A stretch of DNA of 64,000 bases from NCBI RefSeq assembly GCF_022539665.2, contig NC_081331.1, positions 12,214,001-12,278,000 of the forward strand, read 5' to 3'. Numbering within the stretch: position 1 is the first letter of the stretch; every line of letters starts with the position of its first letter. The notes beneath the pieces were generated by a model. That model worked only from the letters and a program-made list of their open reading frames with translations, was not told where the DNA came from and did no database searches. A program made the position numbers and the translations under genes. This document shows, in pieces, positions 30,058 to 42,443 of this stretch. This DNA comes from Daphnia carinata (Eukaryota).

Positions 30058-30680
30058 ATAATAATTGAATACTTACAGATAAACGATAAACCAATGGAAA
30101 CAATGGTTACCATCAAAGGTGGCAAAAACAATAAAGTTGAACTGAGCAAGTTAAATAAGAAAAAGTTGATAAATGTAATGTGTTTGGTAAATCGCTGTGT
30201 TTAACAGCGAAAACAGACAAAGAAAGAAACAAATTTTGGAAAAAAAATTTTATAAAAAAAATTTTATTGACAATTCTCTGCACATTAGAATTATTTTTGC
30301 AACTTTAAAAAGGCACAATAGCCCTTTCAAAAGTTGCCGTCAACCCAGGCAGGGGGAGACACTGCCTTGTTGACCCACCGGGGAGATTACCCGGTGATTG
30401 GCTAAGAGAAGCCGGAAGAAGAGCTGAAGATTTGGAACATTTTTACAGGAGCGATTAACCTTTAGTTCGGATTTGTGGGTAGCCACGTCGCCCTCCGTGA
30501 ACACATCATCGGACTACGCGGACCCCCACGTCCCCTTTCCGGCCAGAGCCCTCCAAACCTCGGTATATGTTGTTTTTATATATACCGTACAGTAGGGGCA
30601 TGACCCCCTACGGGCTTATTACGAGTCAAGGGGAAACGGGGCTACGGAAAGGAAGGGAGCCCAGATATGCACTTCAATTT
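30058..30680 (+). repeat. Repeat A, copy 3: right arm of the palindrome
   Basis: Ends in cccagatatgcacttcaattt, the reverse complement of aaattgaagtgcatatctggg at 28913. Confidence 0.96.
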
Positions 30681-30749
30681 TTTAAAATATAAAATACCGC
30701 CTCGAGAATCCAAATTAAGTATAGAAATGTCATGTCATCCATTCAATCA

Positions 30750-32140
30750 TTACAATTTATTCAGTGTCTTGCCCCAACCAAGAATCTTTTCAGATCCAAT
30801 GTTACTATTAACCTATGCTGAGAAAAGAAAAACAACACCATTAAGCATATCAATTGTTGCTCATGTGACTTACATGACTTATAGATTCAACTTCTGGCAG
30901 AAACTTGGGAAAGGCCATACAAATTGCAGATGAAAATCATTGTATAAGGCTTTTGAATGATAAAATAGCACCCCTAGAATGTTGCATTGTTGATAGTTGT
31001 GTTCCCAGTATGCTGAAAATCCTTTCCTATTGGATAAATTTTTTTTTTAGATTAGACATGGTTGGCAAAAAGCAGGAGAAATGCTTTGTCATAAATTCAA
31101 AAAAATTTTCAAGATAATTCCTTTCATACCTAAAAAGTCCATGTATGATGTTCATCGCTGCAATGCCAACGAAATGAAACATCTTTAGGGCCATTTAAGT
31201 ACCCAGCTTCACCAACACTCTGAACATAAAGGACAAGTTGTTCTTTAGCAAGAGAAGCAGAATTATTTGAGGCTTCTAGCTGTGACAGAACTATAAAGGA
31301 TTGCTGTTACACAGGATTCATTCACACAAGATGGTACTTCTCATTAGACAATTTGCATACTCTATTACTTTACCTCATACCTTAATGGTAATGCACTTTC
31401 AGTGTTTTTCAACTGTAGGCTCACTCTTCCATCCTGTAACACTTCCAGACTTGACTTGATCCCCCACTAAAATTCTGTGAATGCAAAATAATAGCATTAA
31501 AAATACTTTTTCAATAGACAAAAAACCGAAAAGTACCTAATTCATGTTTTATGTTAAACTCATGCTATTTCTGGGTTTCCGTACCACACACATTTTCAGC
31601 CCAAATACGGTCCCACAATTGTTCACTTCCTTCACTGCATGGACTTATTACTAACAATTCTTTTAGTGCAGCACTAACAGAATTTAACTTTAACACACTG
31701 TCAGGTGGTAGACTGAATAACTAAACAATAAATAATTGTTTGTTAAAATTCTATACTTATTTTGAATTCTTATTTGAAAATTTTAGGTACCTGACTGTGT
31801 TCGCCTAATGCCAATTCATCCTCATGTTCAGTTAGGGATGAGTTTGGAAAAACCTCCTTCACTGTTTGGAAACTGTTCTGTTCCAATTTGTTCTTTTCCC
31901 CTAGCTGAGCTTGTAGACTCAAAATTTGAGCTACAAAACACAAATGAATAAAAGCAAATAAATAGAATCATTACGTATTAGCCTTACCATCCTTAGCTTT
32001 GCTGTTATCTAATATTTTGTGTTGTTCCAATAATTGGGCCTGCAGCTTCATAATTTGATCTAATAAACAATAATTAATAATTGAAAACCAATATAATAAT
32101 GTTTATACTTACCATCCTTTTGTTGTATTATCTTATCCAT
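30750..32140 (-). pseudogene. Unknown multi-exon gene X (N-terminal coiled coil), apparently decayed
   Basis: About 8 GT-AG-bounded exons: MDKIIQQKD|DQIMKLQAQLLEQHKILDNSKAKD|AQILSLQAQLGEK..HSQ|LFSLPPDSVLKLNSV..LWDRIWAENVWYGNPEIA*, then later exons with stops or frameshifts, ending VNSNIGSEKILGWGKTLNKL*. No family recognised. Confidence 0.6.
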
Positions 32141-32289
32141 TTTTCAATTGTTCCTCCAGCCACGCGTTATTCTCTCCATCCACGCTACTGAACTAGCTGC
32201 GAATGGCATCCAATGGACTGAAATTGCCTACGCCAGTAATAACGAGTCTGAGCGGTAGATGGCTACGTGTCGGAAAAAAAGAAAAAAGT

Positions 32290-32442
32290 GTGATTTTTTT
32301 TTTTTTTTTGGCGAAATTTTTTTTTTTTTCATGTAAAACGGATTGCCATATGCCATAAAAAGCGTGATCTTTTTTTTTTCCCGAAATTTTTTTTTTTTTG
32401 GGGTAAAACGGATTGCCATACCCATACACCTATGGCAATCCG
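32290..32442. repeat. ~70 bp tandem duplication ending in a perfect 12-bp hairpin
   Basis: gtgat(T)n..cgaaa(T)n..gtaaaacggattgccata occurs twice (32290, 32364). cggattgccata (32409-32420) pairs with tatggcaatccg (32431-32442) around a 10-nt loop. Confidence 0.85.
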
Positions 32443-32565
32443 AATTTCATTAATCGTCGTCTGCTTTTCTTTGACAAACAAATCTCTACTTACTTCAATT
32501 CTTACCGTGATGGACAGTTCCCTTGCAAGTGTTCTATATTACAGACGCTCTTAATTTTAGTAAAA

Positions 32566-33789
32566 ATGTTTCTGCAGCAAAAACATTCGTGGTGCAGTTT
32601 AGCTCGCATGATGACTCAATATTCAAAAATGTCAGTAAAACAGCTATCGATACAAGCGACTACATCTGGAATCCCAATTAAAAATCATTGCCTTTCAACA
32701 ATCTCTACATTACATAAGCCTTTCACAGGTTTGCAAAATGGCACTTCGACAAACAAGGAATATGAAGGGAATAGCCAGTCCACTATATCTAAGTGTTTTG
32801 GTTTTGCGGGATTGATGAGTATTTTGGGTGCCAAAGTTAATGATGAAAATAAGGAGCAACTTGGTGAAGAAAAAATTATTCACATGATCAAATTGGCAAA
32901 GCTTTCCCAAGAGGTATAGATATTTGACAAGGCAACATTATTTAAAACTTACAGGATCCTTTGATTATCTTGATAGAGGAAAGAATTCAAGAAATCAGAG
33001 CAATTGCTTCATTTAGCGTTGCGAGCAGCATATGAAATCCAACACCATGCTGCCCAAAAATACATTATTGATGATATGGCTAATAATGCTTACGAGGCTG
33101 GGGACTTCAAAAAAGCAGAAAAGCTGTTTGTTGATTTGATTAAACAGCTTCTGACTAGTGGAGTGGCTCAAAGTGACAATTCCATTATTCACATTAGTGC
33201 AAAACTTGCAAATTTGTATGCTATGTTTCATGAAGAAGTTAAGGCTCATGAAGGATTCAACTTTTGCATTCATCATCTGGAAGCAAAGATAAAAAAAGGT
33301 GAAGATGATTTTGACACCCTTGCTCTTTATTCATTAATCCTCTCCTGGTTTGGCGATTACGTCCATGGAAGAGGAGATTTTACACAATCCTTGGCTTTAT
33401 TTAAGCAATCACATGAGATTTCAGTTAAAATTAATGGCAAACACCACCCCCACAGCCTGCTTCAGCTCAATAATATGGCTGCTGCCTACACATTGATGAA
33501 CCTACTTGAAGATGCCGTAGATTGTCTAAATACAGCTCTAGTCCTCGCTCAAGAGGTGCAGTTGGATGACGGTATGAAGGACCTTCCATATTATTTTATT
33601 AACTTAGCAAATGTGTACCTGACTCAAGTGGAAAAGTCTGCGGCGGATGCCAAAGAATTGTTAAAAATGGCTGAAAATTCCTGCAGAGAAGCTCTGAAGT
33701 GTGCTAAAGTTGTGGATAATAGAGATGCTTTGATACAAGCTAGGAAATGTATGAAACAAATTAATTCGTATCAATCAATATCAAATTAA
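32566..33789 (+). CDS. TTC19: Tetratricopeptide repeat protein 19 homolog, mitochondrial
   Basis: Exons 32566-32913 and 32977-33789. Presequence-like N-terminus; IIHMIKLAKLSQERKEFKKSEQLLHLALR, YIIDDMANNAY..KAEKLFVDLIKQLL..DNSIIHISAKLANLY; TPR helices. Confidence 0.9.
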
Positions 33790-33826
33790 ATCTCTCACTG
33801 AAAACGTGTATCAACTGACTTAAATT

Positions 33827-35231
33827 TTAAAATGTCAAACTATGAATGCATAGTGGCGGAATAGGGTCTGCATAACGTAATGAGCGTCCCGGTACGGCTT
33901 CCCGAGGCGGTAAACTACAGAAATAATAGTACCGCATGATAACTTTGTGATAGAACAATAAACTCATAAATTTTCACCTTGATTTTTCATTTGATGATGG
34001 AGGTAATACTATCGGATCAGCTGCCATCGCAAGCCGTTTTTGAGAGCCAAAAAAATCTGTAATAAAAACTCTGTTAGCGTCCCGCTGGAAAAGGTCGCTA
34101 CGAAAGCCGACAGTAGATAGGCAAAGATATTTCGGACAGACTTTGAGCTAAAAAAAAGAAAAAACAATAAAAATTATGATCCATGGGGTGATGGCAATTC
34201 TAAAAGAACATACAAACTGGCCAAGGGTATGATTACTTGTGGGGGTAACATGTTCCAAAAATTCTAGGGCATAATACGTGTAACGATCAATTATGTAGAC
34301 GCCAATGGCAGGATCGACATGGTGTGAAAGGGAATCCTCTCCGACCAAACTGCTACCAATCGCCAACACATTTGGAGAATAGAATTTCTGGTACAGTGAA
34401 GCTGCTTGGCAAGTGTCAACTATGAACAACATTTCGTGATATCTGCCAATCAAGAATCAATACAGAATGTCAATTATGCATGATAGAAGGATCAGGATGT
34501 TTGACAGCAAACAGAGATCTCATACCTTTGTTTTTCCCACATCTGTTGAATTGCATCCGCCAAATCAACATTAGTTATCTCTTCCGAGTCTTGGAATTTC
34601 AAGAACCCATCCCCACCATGCCCAGTCAAATATATAAGCACATTGCTTCCTGCATCAGTAAGCAACTTTTTTGATCTTGGAGTTGAAGTTGCTAGACGGC
34701 CAGTGAGGACCCGAATGAAGTTCTCCACTGTTACCTGAAATTAAAATAAATTAATAATGAAAATTGGAGAGTGAATAGTTCTCTAACAAGAGGTATACCT
34801 CATAACCCCTATAATCCACTTCAACATCATCACCATACACATCAATTTGCTGATTTGCATTGTTGTAAACAGCAGCTGGATGAGGATTTCGTGGATTGCA
34901 GGCCATATCATCAGCAATCATCAAAATGATCTGACTATCAGGAATTCCCAATCTTTTCACGCTACGGTAGATGGATAATACATTTGCTACATGTCTGTAA
35001 TTGAACCAAAAACGAGAAGTATCGACTAGAACGGCCCAGTTGCTCGTGTGGTTGCCGGAGGTAAGAAAATCTTTAGCCTTAGCATCCTGTCAAGCAAATA
35101 AAATCCGGATAGAAAATTCCTTCAATTTGCATACGGTGGTAATAGTAATACGTAGATTAATGGGGACTTACCAAAGTGTTTGTACTAGGTACTAGGAACG
35201 CTAAAAGGCTGTAAAAAATTATATTCAGCAT
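33827..35231 (-). CDS. PIGK: GPI-anchor transamidase catalytic subunit (peptidase C13)
   Basis: [59 protein letters not shown] (catalytic His), DTCQA (catalytic Cys), [19 protein letters not shown]. Confidence 0.97.
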
Positions 35232-35842
35232 TTTATAGAGCTGTCTTTTTTTAAATTTGTTTTATTTGTAGAGGAATCGAAATTCAAATTCCAAACATTA
35301 GAGCAGACGATGACGGGACCATTTCCGCAAAATCTACCCGCAAATTAGTTTCATCATTCTTCTATAAGAATGATGAAACTAGCGTGTAGCAGTTTCAGGG
35401 TAGATTTTGTAGAGCTTACGAGATCCTGCGTTTGTTGCCATATGTTTGGTAATAAATATATACAGTATGTGCAGAACAGTACGTCGAAAACATTTTGTTC
35501 CAGTTCAGGCTGTAATGCACATTATACTTAACGACCTATAACAGAAAATAAAATCGATTTGGACAAGAACCGGCGAGACAAAAATAGAAACAATTCTAGC
35601 CCGAATTCTACAACGTACGACTTATAGATACAGAAATTTGAATGGAAATAAAACTATCTAAGTTGTAAAACAACATTATACCAGAAAATCATCAAAATCT
35701 AATTGTCTGTAAGTTTGTAAAGGCCATCAGGCTAACGTGTAGAAAAGTAAAACGGCTGTAAACATTAATAATACTATCAAAGGTAGGCCCTTACGCTAAA
35801 CAATGAATGGGTATCCATTTTCCGTTCGAATTTTTTAAGCTT

Positions 35843-38800
35843 TTATTTACACTTTCGTAAGTTGACTGGTGCGATTCGATTGGACGCAACCTTAAAGACA
35901 TGGCGTCTGATTGTCGGAGCTCCCGAATTATTGGCAGCAAGATAATTGGGTTTCAGCAAAACTTCTTCACTGTACGATCGAGCATCCTTTTCTATCAAAA
36001 CATCCTCAGCTTCATCTTTTCCCTTCGGAACCTCAAAATCAGAAGGAAAAGATGCGTGCGCTAACTTTGGCATCGATGACGTTGTTCTATTTGTTGTTCC
36101 CGACCCTTGTAAAAGAAATTGTCTCGTCTTCGAATCGGCTGAGATAGCCTGTGAGCACAATAAAGGGAAACACTGATTTGATAACTCGCTCATTGTCCCA
36201 TAACGCAAATTTTGCGGTATAGTACAAATACAGGTGGCTAGGTCTAGAGCATAAACACGATTTTAGTACCTGAAGAACAGTTTTGACCAGCTTAGGCGTG
36301 GGGGGTTTAGGAGTAATTATTGGCTCGCTAGACATCTGCCTTTCGGAGCTTTTCTTCACCAGTTTCCTATTATCAAGTTAGCTGAGATTACCACCATACT
36401 ATTTAAGGATATTTTCATAATGCTAAGATAAACCTACTTGGCTTTTCTTTGTAAAATCTTCTGCGCCTCGGGGTGATATTCGAGGGCCTCGTTCAAATCG
36501 CATTTGCTCAAAACAAATAAATTGGAAAATCCCTGAGACCTTAAGTGAATTAAAATCTTTTAGGTTTGCATTTTATCGTATAATTATAACTAGGCATGCG
36601 CCAGTTACTTGACATCCGCCATTCTTCGGTTTCCCCCTCCAACAGCCAATAAACTAATTTCGCCGAACACGCTGCCTTCGCTTAAGGTCACCAATACCTT
36701 ATCGTTAGCCGGTCCACCCATGACTTGAACTGTTCCAGTTTTTACGATGTACATCTCTTTTCCAACTTCTCCCTACGTAGAATAAATGTCACTCATCCTT
36801 AATAATATCGATTTGTACGCAATAGGTGAAACATTAAAACCTTTTTGCAAACCAAATCCCCCGGTAGAAAAAGGACGGGCTTCAGTTTTAGTACTAAATC
36901 GCGAATAAAGGCAGAATCGCAATCCTGGAAAAGCTGCACCTTGGAAAGTGTTTGGATATGGACGTTCATGGCAATATCCATTTGCATGTTGTGAGGCAAC
37001 GATACCAGTGACGATATCTCATCTATTGATTGCATGTCGAAGTTTGCATCAGTCAGGAGTAGAGGTAGGCCTATAAATATTAAGAAGAAAGAGGTTAAAC
37101 TTACCAAGCGTCTTCTGCATTGACCAGCTGTAAGTAAACCACATTCTGATACGGTCCTGAATCTTGGGTGGCAAATTTAAGCGGTTCATTAACTGTACAG
37201 TGCGGTCGAGACGTTCACGGTATTCGGTTGTGCTCCTTTCAGCTGCAGCCATAATATCCCTGATCTTTACCACCGGAAATGTCGGAATACATGAAACTGG
37301 TTAGCGTGACGCAAACATAAGAAATGATGGTTTTAACCAATGCCTGAATCGGTTTCACACCTGACCAATGATGGCTGCGCAAGCGAAGACACCAATAAGC
37401 CAATTGAAAATCATGAATGTCCGATCAACATTGTTGGCCGGCTTTGGGTTCTTTCCAATCTTTGTAGCGGTTTTCATCGCAAAGTAAAAGCAGCGCATAT
37501 ATCTGTTATTTTTTAAGAGTCGGTACAACACATTTCAATGATCATTGTTAATGAGTTACCAGCTAATTCTGCTAGCTTTATTCTCTGTTGAGGGAAATGA
37601 ACGAAGGGCAAGCTTAAAACTTACGCGTTTCCCTCTCCTTGGAAGACGAAGGTATCACTCCCGAGGCCGATCCACTCTGAATATGAGAAATAAGCACAGG
37701 CGTTCAGGTGGATCAAGTAGAGCATGTAGAACAATGTCCGTCCGATGCGGATGACAAAAGGAGATGGCACCATCATATCGACTCGATCGAAGAACTCCCA
37801 AAATGGCAGAATCTTGTCAAAATTTGTGATTGTTCTTATCAGTCAGTAACGTATATAATTGTATCATACTCTTATCATTCGAGGAAAACGGAGAAGGGAA
37901 CTCTGAAGTCCGAAATAAAAATAGAGGAAGTCCAATGGAAATAAGGATAAAAAATCGATCTAGAAAAGACTTTTCCGTTAATAAATTATCTGTTTAAAAA
38001 TGTGATTAACAGATTATGTACTTTTGATCCCAAGCTGGCGATGTAGTTTCTGCGGCAATGGGTTACATCCTCGACCCAATTGCCTTCGTGAACGAAACGG
38101 AGCCTCGGATGGACGAGGAAGGTGTCGATTAGGTAGACCGCGTCAGCTACGTAATCAGCAACTAGCCAGTAATAGACATTCGAGTCATCTTGATAAGGAA
38201 AGGTAATTCGAAGCGGAACGCTCCACAAGTTGTACATGAACGCCGCAGAGACCACAAAAAGCCAAGATATGTAGACTGAGCCTAAAACAAAAAGGCGGTA
38301 ACGAATTCCAATAAGTGCTTGAGGATGAAACACTGCAGTTCATTGCTGTGTGAAATGACCGATTAATCTGATTACTCTGAGGATGAAACGTGCTGGGGAT
38401 GCGAAATGGTTTCGCTCTTCTGGTTCCATCAGGTTCACTCGGTGGATCGTGGCGCAAGTTTAAGGGCGGAGGAAGAGGTGCTGGTCCTCTTCCGCCTAAA
38501 AATAACAAGAGTTATTCAAGGACCGGAAAAAAACGTGAATTACAACTGCAACAAACCACGCTCGGATGAATCAGTTGAAGGTGTTGGCGGTTGGGCAATG
38601 CGTTCCTTGAGAGCTTTGGCGCGATCGGTAAACGCGCTTACAAGCTGCTGTATCCGCGACGTTACAAAATGATTCTTGTCGATCGAAAAAACTGTCCTGC
38701 AACAAGAGGAATCCACAACAAACATGAGATGGGAATAGTGATGTACCAATATAAAGTTAAAATGGTTACATTGAACTGTTTCCACTAACACACGATGAAG

Positions 38801-39686
38801 CAATCGAGTGTAATGTAGGACGGCGAGCCCATGTCATACTTGAATCGTTTTCTGTTCCTTTCTCAACTTCGTCGTCGATGGAGATGGTTGGAATGGATTG
38901 TAAAAATGGTTTTCGTTGTTCGGGTGGATTCGACGGGCAGCTGGCAGTAACTGGCGCTTTCTTACTAGCTTCTGAGAGTTGGTCACCTGTGAAAACGAAA
39001 AGAAAACGATCGTCAAAGATCGCCGCTGATTATAAAATCACGATTCATGATGTCTTGGGTCTGTTCCCCAAACAGGAGGACAGATTGTTTCTATAAATTG
39101 AAAACGTTCTGTATAACATGTCGGCTCTTTAAGATCCTCGAGTTAGCAGATGGTAAGCTCGTAATTCAACGTAAATTGTGTGTTGAACTGGAAGTAGAAT
39201 CTAGTTCCTTTGGTTTACTGATGCCCCCATCCGTCCTCACTCGAACATACCACCATGTTGATTATGCGTGATGATCCATCCGACAGCAGCTTAACAAAAA
39301 CAAATCTGCGTCTTTTTCCTTTTACCCACTTGTTGCGGATGAAAAAATTAAAAAAAAAAAAACGTCTGTTACTGAATTTTTCAGCCACATGTTGCGGTAA
39401 GTCACAGCCGACGGAGCGCACCATTCGCTGCAATGGAGACGGCCAATTCCAATCTTGCGTAATGTGACTCAGTTCCGCACCGCTTATGTAGGTCGTTGTC
39501 GGAGCTGGTGGCGGTGATTCAGGCTCGACAAGAGGGTCCACTTGGTGTCGTAGCAAGTTGTACTCGTCTATTTTAGGGATGTAAATGGGGATAATACGTC
39601 GTTGTTAGTTTAAATCATCGAAGCGATAAATTTAACCCAATTACACGGAACGCGGAGAACTTACTAACGCTACGGGGTCTCGACAT
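35843..39686 (-). CDS. CngB: Cyclic nucleotide-gated channel beta subunit
   Basis: TM segments ([22 protein letters not shown]), pore [22 protein letters not shown]-linker, and CNBD ([45 protein letters not shown]). The 5' exons are less certain. Confidence 0.9.
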
Positions 39687-40418
39687 GACGAACAGAGAAG
39701 ATGCAGGTGAACCTAAGATATCGAATTAAATCACGATAAAAATTTTTAAAAAATTCAAGAAACCATCATTACCCTGGTTAGGGCAAAGAGTGACTGAGCC
39801 TGCGACTATCGTACTTGAATAAAAACCTCATATGTCGGGAGTTGCTGTCTATATATCGATGGTTGCCAGGAGCGACGAGAGACTTTGACCTGGATCTACG
39901 ATCGATTCTTCAATTCGATTCCCGGTGCAACCACGTCAATGCGGGCCAGAAATGACAAAAAAAATAAGCAAAAAACAACAACAACTAACATATGGCTAAA
40001 TATTTTGTCCATTTTCATGTTTACTCATCGGTCAATGTTGAGTCAACAGAAAGTGTCCAATCATTTTAGATGTGATTCACCAAAAGACAAATTTTCACCA
40101 AAGACTTGTCATCGGAAAGTATGGAATTTGCTGCTGCGGTAGAGTATGGAGCGATGTAAGTACGTCACGCTGACCAAAATCAATACGATGGGCGTGGTGA
40201 GGAAAACCACAAAATGGGAACAAATGGTAGAGATGCGGGCGCGGCTGCTGGACGAAGAATAAGAGAAGGTCTTGGTGGCATCCAAACACTTGAGACTTGG
40301 CACACTGACGATGCGATTCACAAAAATAAACCAGCAGCTGCTGAACATCACGTGGTGACTAGAAATACGAAGGGGAAACGAGGAGAGAGAAGATTGTTTC
40401 TATATAGAGATATGCTTC

Positions 40419-42443
40419 CTAATCCTCTTTTTCCCGAACATCTGTTGTTAAGTAAAGATAAGATAAAAAAAAACAATGGCCCGTCATTAATACTTTAACC
40501 GTTTATGTTGCGAATGGTTCTCTCATTCTTTATATTACTTTGCTCATCTTCAGATGCGTCCATGATATCGGCACACCACATAGAGTAGCAGATGAGGCTG
40601 AGGAAGCCCAAGGGGAGTCCAATGATGACGCTGGTGAGAACTGGGTTGCCGTACCACATGCCGCTCAAAGTAGTCGTTGCTTCGTAGTACATGCGCATTG
40701 CTCGCGCCATCACACCCATGCCGCCGTACGCCTAATTCCATTATGGGAGGATGGGTGCGGGTGGGGTTAACGGTTATAATAGTTTTATGTAAACCTTAGG
40801 AAAGAAAACCAGCTATTCCTCGGTTAGTGCGTTACCTCCATGTCATTTTGAAGAATTCGGTTGAGGAAATCAGCCAAGGTTTCAGGGGTCAATATTTCCA
40901 TATGTTTTTCAGGGATGTGGTGAAGGTAATTGGTCGCGTTAATGACGATTAAACTTGGCACTGGTAGGGTTGTCATGGCTATGGAATTGGCTAATTCGGG
41001 TGACCCAGTCCAACCAAAGAGGAAATTGCTAAAATATTTAAAAAGAAAAAAGGGAATGAAAACATTACTAAGCTACAAGATTTAAAAGTTGAATAAATTG
41101 TTGAATACTCATGATAGATGCTATGATATGTTTCAGCAAATCGCTCTATTGTGTCTTTGTAACTGTAAACAGAAAAACGAACCAGAATTTAAAATTGTAG
41201 GAAGGCCATGGCTAGTAAATAACTTAAAAAAGGTAATTACTCTCTCATGGGCTTTGGCATCCTGCCAACTTTGTCCACTTCGGTAACAACCAAAACGATG
41301 TATTTTTTTATTTTCATGACTTGATGGAAGTTTCCACTGCTGATTTCAACCACATTCGGGAATCTCTCATGATTGATCCAGTCTCTCAAATTACTTAGTT
41401 CAGTTTGGGCTGGGGTTGTCTCGCTTTCTTCCCCTTCGAAACGGTTTTCCAGAGCAACCGGCTTCTCATTTTTGTAAATATAATGGGTGCCGTCTTTGAA
41501 AACCATCACACTAGGTGCATGGTCGACGGTTTCTATACCACTCGATAATAAAACAGGGAGCGAAATAGAGTAAAAATAGATGTATGGTTGAAATTCATAC
41601 GCCGTCACATTGAACGCTTCCTGCAACCAGCAAATTTACGCTTGAGGACTTTTCAAAAAGAAACTATGCTACTGGAAACTTACCCAAGTAGATCCAGCAT
41701 TGTCCCCAGCATAAAGGAAAAAATTCTGCTTTGAGTTGATTTTGTCTTTCATGGTGTTAGAGTCACCAATGACTTGGATGGGAGGTAGAGCCATCCGCTC
41801 AGCATAGTCAACCAAGTTTTCTCGAGATCTCTCTCCCTTGTAGTGGAAAGTCTCTCCATTCTTCATACTACCAATATAAACATATTGTTAGGAATTTTTT
41901 TTAATTTTTTAGCCTTTCAATAATATTACAATATCAGAGTGGGAAATCCTTTCACTTTAAATTCCGAAGCCACATTGGGGAACCGAGTGCAATCCACTTG
42001 AGCAACCCTTACAACAGGAGGGTATAATGACTGTGAAACTTGGTTCCACACAGGCTCAAGTTTTTTGCAGTGACCACACCAGGGTGCATAAAACTGTGAA
42101 AACAAAACAGACAATAATAGTAATTTTAGTTACTTATCTACCATATTCTTTATTTTACAAAATTATTATACCATGACAAACCAGGCTCCTTCATTGTGAA
42201 CTTCAAGGAATCTAGATAGAAGGAAGGAGGAAAATAAGTAATTATACTTGGATCAATATATCAATAAAGGGCTTCGACTTTACCTATCGCTAAGTTCCAG
42301 CACTTTACCGATTCCAGAAGGTATGTTACAAACGAAACATAATAAACCTGACAGAGACGAAATGTAAGCATATATAAGTAACCAACGTTAAAGACTGGTG
42401 TTTTTTTTTTTTTTTTACTAAGAGCAAGAGGAAGCCAATCCAT
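40419..42443 (-). CDS. TMX3: Thioredoxin-related transmembrane protein disulfide isomerase TMX3
   Basis: Signal peptide, KVLELSDRF, FYAPWCGHCKKLEPVW, three thioredoxin-like folds, TM GNPVLTSVIIGLPLGFLSLICYS, acidic tail ending REKED*. Confidence 0.93.

Noticed and set aside
28913..30680. Hammerhead or HDV-like ribozyme in repeat A (Penelope pseudo-LTR hypothesis)
   Set aside because: No CUGANGA..GAAA core is conserved across copies (ctgaaga occurs only in copy 3). The HDV-like ggacccccacgtcc..cctttccgg lacks an upstream P1 partner. A covariance search is still worthwhile.
28913..30680. Simple MITE or foldback insertion with TSD
   Set aside because: No TSD is visible, and inverted homology continues into flanking exon/intron sequence, which a simple insertion does not explain.
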